A stretch of 64,000 bases of DNA from Treponemataceae bacterium. Its GTDB lineage: Bacteria > Spirochaetota > Spirochaetia > Treponematales > Rectinemataceae. The stretch lies in assembly GCA_963678065.2 (NCBI GenBank), contig CAXXVZ010000005.1:1024001-1088000 (forward strand), given 5' to 3'. The notes beneath the pieces were generated by a model. That model saw only the letters and a program-made list of their open reading frames with translations, had not been told where the DNA came from and did no database searches. The translations under genes were made by a program, and so were the position numbers. Positions 58,969-64,000 of this stretch are shown here, one piece after another. Numbering within the stretch: position 1 is the first letter of the stretch; each line of letters starts with the position of its first letter.

Positions 58969-59607
58969 TTATCCCAAAAGCTGAAAGAGCTTCTGCGCTC
59001 CCTCGGAGGCATCGGTTGCGTAGCAATCAGCCCCAATTTCCTCAGCCCACTGTTTCGTGCATATGCAGCCGCCGATAGCGACCTTGACCTTGTCCCTCAG
59101 ACCGGCCGCCTTCAAGGCCTCGATCGTTTTCCTCTGGTTTTCCATGGTGCTCGTCAGCAGGGCCGACAGTCCCAACACCTGGAAATCGTTGTCTCTCACG
59201 GCCTTGCAGAAATCTCCGGGCGACACGTCGACACCCAGATCGGTGACATCCCACCCATTACCTTCGAGCATCATCAGCATTATGTTTTTTCCGATATCGT
59301 GGATATCGCCCTGTACCGATCCGATGGCCACCTTCCCGACATAGTGAATGCCGCTTTTTGTCCCGGCAAGAATCGGCTTCAGGATGTTCAACGCAGATTT
59401 CATCGCGTCTCCCGCCATCAGCAATTCGGGGAGGAATATTTCTCCGTTCCCGAACATTGTCCCGACTTCCTCGATCCCGGCTATCATCCCCTTTTCCATG
59501 ACATCGCGCGCTGATATGCCCGAATCCAGCAAATCCCTTACCAACTTTTCAGTGCCTTTCGTGTTTCCCGAAAGGAGGCTGTCGATAATAACGGAACGTT
59601 CGACCAT
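58969..59607 (-). CDS. Corrinoid (cobalamin-binding) protein
   Basis: Cap domain FLPELL, GDIHDIGKN (DxHxxG), LSALL.ST, IGG, IGAD. Confidence 0.93.
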   Translation of the reverse strand: MVERSVIIDSLLSGNTKGTEKLVRDLLDSGISARDVMEKGMIAGIEEVGTMFGNGEIFLPELLMAGDAMKSALNILKPILAGTKSGIHYVGKVAIGSVQGDIHDIGKNIMLMMLEGNGWDVTDLGVDVSPGDFCKAVRDNDFQVLGLSALLTSTMENQRKTIEALKAAGLRDKVKVAIGGCICTKQWAEEIGADCYATDASEGAQKLFQLLG

Positions 59608-59642
59608 GGGTCTCTCCTATGAACACTCGATTCACCTTTTCT

Positions 59643-59698
59643 ATCCTAGCACCACTCCATTTTTTTGTCAACCGTCTGACTATCTGTGTTCATACTAT
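59643..59698 (-). promoter_or_regulatory. sigma70 promoter of the corrinoid operon with upstream shared operator motif
   Basis: TTGACA-17-TAGGAT with extended TG; adjacent atagtatgaacacagatagtcagacgg matches the TRAP promoter motif. Confidence 0.7.
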
Positions 59699-59824
59699 CG
59701 CGCTACTGCCACGAGGACATAGTTTCCCGGCCGGCTGGGGGGGAGAACCTAAATGGATCGGGAGAATTGATTGCCTAAGGTCTTTCGCGACGACCGGCGG
59801 TTTGAACTGAAGGCACCCGCTTTC

Positions 59825-60760
59825 CTAGACAGAGCGGATCGGCACGCTCAGGGTGACTACCAGTCTTTTTTCGCTCGGGCGATTCAGAAAACAGATATAA
59901 TCGTATCGGTGGATATCGGGGGAATAGCCGAAATTGCACAGCCAGAATTCGTATATGAAATTGTAGACGGCCGTATATTCTTCCCGAGTCTCGTACTCGA
60001 ATTGTGAAACGGCATATTTCCCCCCGGAAAGAATCATCTTCCCGACCTTCCCGCTGACCTCCAGGGCAGAGGCGGCCTCGAAGCCGGCGCTGATGCGCAA
60101 CTGGTAATCTTTGGTTATCAGGGGATTGTCATGATACACGGCGAATATCTTCGTTCCGATACTATCCGACAGACCCCTGGCCGAAGCCCACTGCAGAAGG
60201 GTTTCATAGGTATACTCGAAGCGTTGGTGGTTTCCCAAGGAAGCTCCGATATATCGCAGATATACTATGGGGATATCCTTCAGATCGCGAATCTGTACCC
60301 GTACTCTCGTCTTTCCCAAAATCTCGTATTGCCAGGACATGTTCTTGTCATCGAAAAAAATATTCCTGTCATTCTCGTTGATCGACAGTATCTCGTGAGC
60401 CTGCTTTTCCCGTTCGCGCTCCTTGATCTTCGATTGTTCACTCCTCCACGCGGAGGGAGAGAGTCCGAAATGCTCCTTGAAGCATCGCGAAAAAGTGGCA
60501 CAACTCGAGAAACCCAATTCATACGCGACGTTCGTTATGGGGGTTTCTTCCTCCAGCCTCATCCATTTGGCGGCCCTCTCCAGCCTGAGTCTATGGATGT
60601 AATGGAATACCGTTTCCCCCATCATGGTGGCGAAGATCCGGCTGAAGTGGTATTTAGAATAACAGGATACGACGGCCAGCTCATCGAGAGTCATTTCTTT
60701 GTTCAGATTTATATCGATGTAATCGAGGACGTTATCCCGCTGTCTGATATAATCTTCCAT
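59825..60760 (-). CDS. AraC-family regulator with GyrI-like effector domain
   Basis: SKYHFSRIF, RLRLE.AA, GFSS...FSR.FK.HFG.SP; YHDNP, GGKYA. Confidence 0.9.
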   Translation of the reverse strand: MEDYIRQRDNVLDYIDINLNKEMTLDELAVVSCYSKYHFSRIFATMMGETVFHYIHRLRLERAAKWMRLEEETPITNVAYELGFSSCATFSRCFKEHFGLSPSAWRSEQSKIKEREREKQAHEILSINENDRNIFFDDKNMSWQYEILGKTRVRVQIRDLKDIPIVYLRYIGASLGNHQRFEYTYETLLQWASARGLSDSIGTKIFAVYHDNPLITKDYQLRISAGFEAASALEVSGKVGKMILSGGKYAVSQFEYETREEYTAVYNFIYEFWLCNFGYSPDIHRYDYICFLNRPSEKRLVVTLSVPIRSV

Positions 60761-60902
60761 GCTTTTCCCACGATGAGCCTTTGCGAATCCACAACAATAT
60801 CAATGTAGCATAGAGAAACCCATGGAACAATAGAAATGAGTCCATATCGAGGCGAGCGAGCCGCGGCCGCATTTTCCGTCCACTATCGAATTCCTGTCCC
60901 GG

Positions 60903-61145
60903 CTATCCTCCTCCGACAAGCATGAATATCTGCACCAGGTCGTTTCCCTTGACGATGACGGTATCCTCCACCTTCACATGCGTGCCGTCGATCATGACCA
61001 GACAGCCTTTCGCGGCGATACCGATTCTGCGCAACAGCTCGGGCAAGGGCATATCGCGCTCGATGTCGATGAGGATCCCCTTTCCGGGATCATATTCCCT
61101 CACCAGATTCCTGTATGTGCCGAATAATTCCAGCCGGATATCCAT
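60903..61145 (-). CDS. MoaD/ThiS-family sulfur carrier
   Basis: 80 aa ubiquitin-like protein ending VGGG, directly downstream of AOR. Confidence 0.85.
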   Translation of the reverse strand: MDIRLELFGTYRNLVREYDPGKGILIDIERDMPLPELLRRIGIAAKGCLVMIDGTHVKVEDTVIVKGNDLVQIFMLVGGG

Positions 61146-61149
61146 GGCG

Positions 61150-62862
61150 TCAGAATGGCAAAGCTTGCGCCATCTCTTGGTCGGGAATGTCGAAAACCGT
61201 ATTGTGGGGAGGCAGAGCTTCCACGTACATGAACTCCGGAAGTCTGTCGTGCTCAGCGGTAAAACCTGCGGCCGCGTTGAATTTTTTTTCGGCCATTATG
61301 GTCTGCGCGCCAATCCCGAACAGACGCTCCGGGGTCCATTCGCCGCCGAAACGAGCCTTCATCATATCCACGAGGTAGCCGATGTTTTGGGGTTCCGCGG
61401 TGCAGAATCCCGAAAAGATGCACATTCCGAGAGAGTCGAAAGTCGCCATGCCGATCTGAAGTTTTCCGGAAAGCTCGACCTGCCCTTCTTTCTCATGGGG
61501 AACGACACGAGGATCGCCAATCGAATTGCCTGCCGTATGATCCGCGCCCATCGGGGATGTGGCGTAGGTTACCCCCGTGCCTTTCAATGCCCGAGGGTCA
61601 TAGCCGGCGAGGGATTGATTCTTGACGGTCGGTATTCGCTTTACCTTCAGATACGCGCCGCAAAAGGCCGTCCCTTTTCCCATGATTCGTCCGAACTCGG
61701 TTCCTTCACCCATCGCATGGATCAGGGCCAACACAGCTTTTTTGTCACCAAAGGGAATCAGGCCGGCTTCCATGCAGACGCCGAGGGTACAGCCCGTCTC
61801 CATCGTGTCCAGCCCGAAGTCGTCGCACAATCGGTCGATGGCCGCGATCGTGTCGAGATCGGAAATCCCCAGGTTCGATCCATTCAGCGCTATCGTTTCG
61901 AATTCGAAGCCCGAGGTCAGATACTCGTTTTTTTCATCCATGTAAATGTTCGAACATCCGATGGGACAGCCGTACTGGCAGGAATGGCCATTCTTTCCCC
62001 CTCTTCCCGCCTGAAGCCGCGACAGGTTTTCGCCGCTGATGCTTTCGGCTCCGGGGAAAGTGCCCGCGCGATAATTGTTAGTAGGCAAAGCTCCTATCGC
62101 ATTGACAGCATTCACCAGCACCGCCGTCCCGAGAGCCGGCAAGGCTTTCCCCGAAAGCCCGTTCTCCATTATTCCCTGGATGTACTTCTTGTTGGCTATC
62201 TTGAAAGCTTCCTCGTCCGAATACTCCACCTCATGCCTGCCCGGGGAAGCTTCGATCACCACCGCTACCAGGCGCTTCGAACCCATGACCGCACCGATCC
62301 CCCCTCGCGCCGCGGCCCTGGTGGGTCTGCCCAAGGTATCCAGAATCTGTATGGAGGAGTTCAGGTATCCCCTCTGCCCCGCGCAGCCGATCGAGGCTGC
62401 TGCTATCTTCTGCCCATATTCGGCCTTCAGCAGATCCGACAGAGCATAATTATTGAGTCCGGCGAGGCTGTCCGCGGAGAGTATCTCGGCTCCACGAGGG
62501 CTTATCCGCAATAAATACCAATTTTCCTCGTCCGGTTTGCCTTCGATGACGATTGCCCTGAGCCCCTGCCTGGCCAGTTCCCGTCCGAAGGTCCCGCCGG
62601 CATTGGCTTCCTTGATTGTCCCTGTCAGAGGACTTTTCGCCCCGACAGAAAGCCTCCCCGCTGTCGGCGCGTTCGTTCCCGCCAAAAGCCCATTGCAGAA
62701 TATCAGCTTGTTGCCCGAACCCAGCGGCTCACAGGTCGGGTCGACTTCGTCGTTCAAAATCCTTCCAATAAAGCCACGCCCCCCAATCGTTTCGAAGTCC
62801 TCATCGATATTCTCGTATTTTATCGTTCTGACACTCATATCGACACGAAGGATTTTGAACAT
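61150..62862 (-). CDS. aor: Aldehyde:ferredoxin oxidoreductase (W/Mo)
   Basis: GGRG, KSPLTG.IKE.N.GG, AARGGIGAVMGSK, C..GC.I.C, D..GLDT, YDPR, GADH, DSLG.C. Confidence 0.93.
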   Translation of the reverse strand: MFKILRVDMSVRTIKYENIDEDFETIGGRGFIGRILNDEVDPTCEPLGSGNKLIFCNGLLAGTNAPTAGRLSVGAKSPLTGTIKEANAGGTFGRELARQGLRAIVIEGKPDEENWYLLRISPRGAEILSADSLAGLNNYALSDLLKAEYGQKIAAASIGCAGQRGYLNSSIQILDTLGRPTRAAARGGIGAVMGSKRLVAVVIEASPGRHEVEYSDEEAFKIANKKYIQGIMENGLSGKALPALGTAVLVNAVNAIGALPTNNYRAGTFPGAESISGENLSRLQAGRGGKNGHSCQYGCPIGCSNIYMDEKNEYLTSGFEFETIALNGSNLGISDLDTIAAIDRLCDDFGLDTMETGCTLGVCMEAGLIPFGDKKAVLALIHAMGEGTEFGRIMGKGTAFCGAYLKVKRIPTVKNQSLAGYDPRALKGTGVTYATSPMGADHTAGNSIGDPRVVPHEKEGQVELSGKLQIGMATFDSLGMCIFSGFCTAEPQNIGYLVDMMKARFGGEWTPERLFGIGAQTIMAEKKFNAAAGFTAEHDRLPEFMYVEALPPHNTVFDIPDQEMAQALPF

Positions 62863-63059
62863 GGGGACCTTCCTTAGCATATGGTTCTATTCTATATAGT
62901 AAGACTTCGAATCTTTTAAAGATATTCATACTTTGCTCTTCTCTTTTCGAGAATTGCTTTCCAGATATCAATGATTGCTTCGACGCATGAGTAAAAGTAT
63001 TCGGATTCATACGTTTGCTTCAGAATCCTTCTTAATCACTCCAAAAAGTTCAGCGACTA

Positions 63060-63090
63060 TTGACTTGGAGTCAACTCCAGGATGTACCTT
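63060..63090 (+). promoter_or_regulatory. MerR-type promoter/operator
   Basis: TTGACT-19 bp-TACCTT with the dyad TGGAGT-CA-ACTCCA in the long spacer. Confidence 0.8.
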
Positions 63091-63107
63091 CGCACATGAG
63101 GTGAGAA

Positions 63108-63358
63108 ATGCATATCGCAGAGGTGAGGGGAAAATACCATGTCTCCCACGACACGCTCAGGTATTACGAGCGGATCGGCTTGATTCCCTAGAGGAAACAA
63201 ACGACACCCGGAAAGCTTTGTTGGTGGAACAAAGAAATCTTCTAGCCGCGAAAATCGAAGACCTGAAGAAGACCCTGGAGCGGCTGGACTTGAAAATTGA
63301 ACGATACGAGAAGGTGCTGCTCGAGAAGGAAAGATCCATGAGAGGATTCAATGAATAA
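63108..63358 (+). pseudogene. MerR-family regulator (AdhR-like) with internal deletion/frameshift
   Basis: MHIAEV..KY.VS.DTLRYYERIGLIP* (63108-63191) joined directly, in another frame, to the C-terminal coiled coil RKALLVEQR..LERLDLKIERYE. Confidence 0.85.
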
Positions 63359-63467
63359 TGACGCGAGGAATGAGTAGGAGTTTGATTATACACTCGTCGA
63401 AGAAGAAGGATGAGAACGGAGTCTTCCCGAGGGGGAACGTAATTCCAGGGGACCATTTCACTATTGG

Positions 63468-63677
63468 ATCGGCCACGAACTGACGGCCATGTTCGGGATC
63501 GATCACGGACAAACCCTCGCGATCGTGCTGCCCTCGCTGCTCGAAGTCCAGTGCAAACAAAAACATGCCAAGCTCGTTCAATACGCTGAGCGGGTATGGA
63601 GGATCAATGGCGTCGGCGAAGAAGAAAAGGTCACTATAACCATCGAAAGGACGAAGATCCTCATGAACGCGCCGTGA
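63468..63677 (+). pseudogene. Internal fragment of an iron-containing alcohol dehydrogenase (YqhD-like)
   Basis: IGHELTAMFGIDHGQTLAIVLP..AKLVQYAERVW matches the YqhD C-terminal metal-binding region as recalled; N-terminal part absent. Confidence 0.8.
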
Positions 63678-63705
63678 TGCGGCATCGATAGGAGATAAAA
63701 AATAT

Positions 63706-64000
63706 GGCTCTTCGCTGTTTCATGTGGGTAACTGCCCCAGTTTACCGGCGACAATGTAGGTCATGATCTTGAGATTTTTGATAGTTCGGAATCCTCTGGC
63801 TCTGGTCTTTGCTGACTGAATCAGACTATTCAACGATTCAAGAAGCCCATTTGTCACTCCGGATGTAAGCCACCGAACGACTCCATTCCAGTGTCGTTTG
63901 AGCATCGCAGCAAAATTGATGATTGGGGTAAGCTGTGATCGTGTTGCCCATACTCTCCATTTTTTAAGTTCTTCTATGGCTCGAGAAGCCGAGAATTCGA
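63706..64000 (-). mobile_element. ISL3-family insertion sequence, right end (partial)
   Basis: Transposase C-terminus ending at 63720 (W..WA..S.L.P, HW.G, TNGLLESLNS.IQ.AK..ARGFR); terminus GGCTCTTCGC at 63706 next to the AT-rich 8-mer aaaaatat. Confidence 0.88.

Noticed and set aside
57914..59607. Pyrrolysine/selenocysteine readthrough in methyltransferase genes
   Set aside because: Both ORFs are uninterrupted and end at family-typical lengths
59700..59824. Possible cobalamin or glycine riboswitch upstream of the corrinoid operon
   Set aside because: No B12-box or other conserved aptamer core recognisable on either strand; an Rfam scan would be decisive
62975..63358. 127-aa ORF as an intact gene
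   Set aside because: Only its last ~55 codons are MerR-like; the true MerR N-terminus is in another frame starting at 63108

Overview
GC-rich bacterial chromosomal segment from a probable anaerobe (tungsten/molybdenum AOR, Ptb/Buk, corrinoid protein; the gene style suggests a free-living spirochaete, which is inference only). It is a mosaic of catabolic modules: (1) 1-6231, a frameshifted glycoside hydrolase, a divergent YesN/YesM-type two-component pair and a secreted alpha/beta hydrolase; (2) 6336-19356, a GntR-controlled, kinase-free sugar-acid-type cluster (IolA, split transketolase, Zn-dehydrogenase, SDR, IolO-like epimerase, LIV-type ABC transporter, non-canonical transaldolase-family enzyme) bracketed by a 35-bp direct repeat; (3) housekeeping-like genes (SPFH, typA, thioesterase, MFS); (4) two large secreted multidomain proteins (PLC/P1-nuclease-like + PKD; discoidin + FGE-type); (5) an IclR/TRAP/oxidoreductase/Asp-box cluster with three copies of an operator; (6) 39295-59607, an apparently uncharacterised B12/CoA-dependent catabolic supercluster (corrinoid protein, UroD/MtaA-family enzyme, BbsEF-like CoA-transferase pair, thiolase+DUF35, epimerase, MarR, TRAP, MetH reactivation-like protein, hydrolases, ThDP enzyme, Buk/Ptb, second IolA) with a motif shared by two of its promoters; (7) AraC, MoaD-AOR, decayed merR and yqhD-like remnants and the end of an ISL3 element. 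No rRNA, tRNA, CRISPR array or riboswitch was recognised. All calls come from motif recognition by eye; no database search was run.
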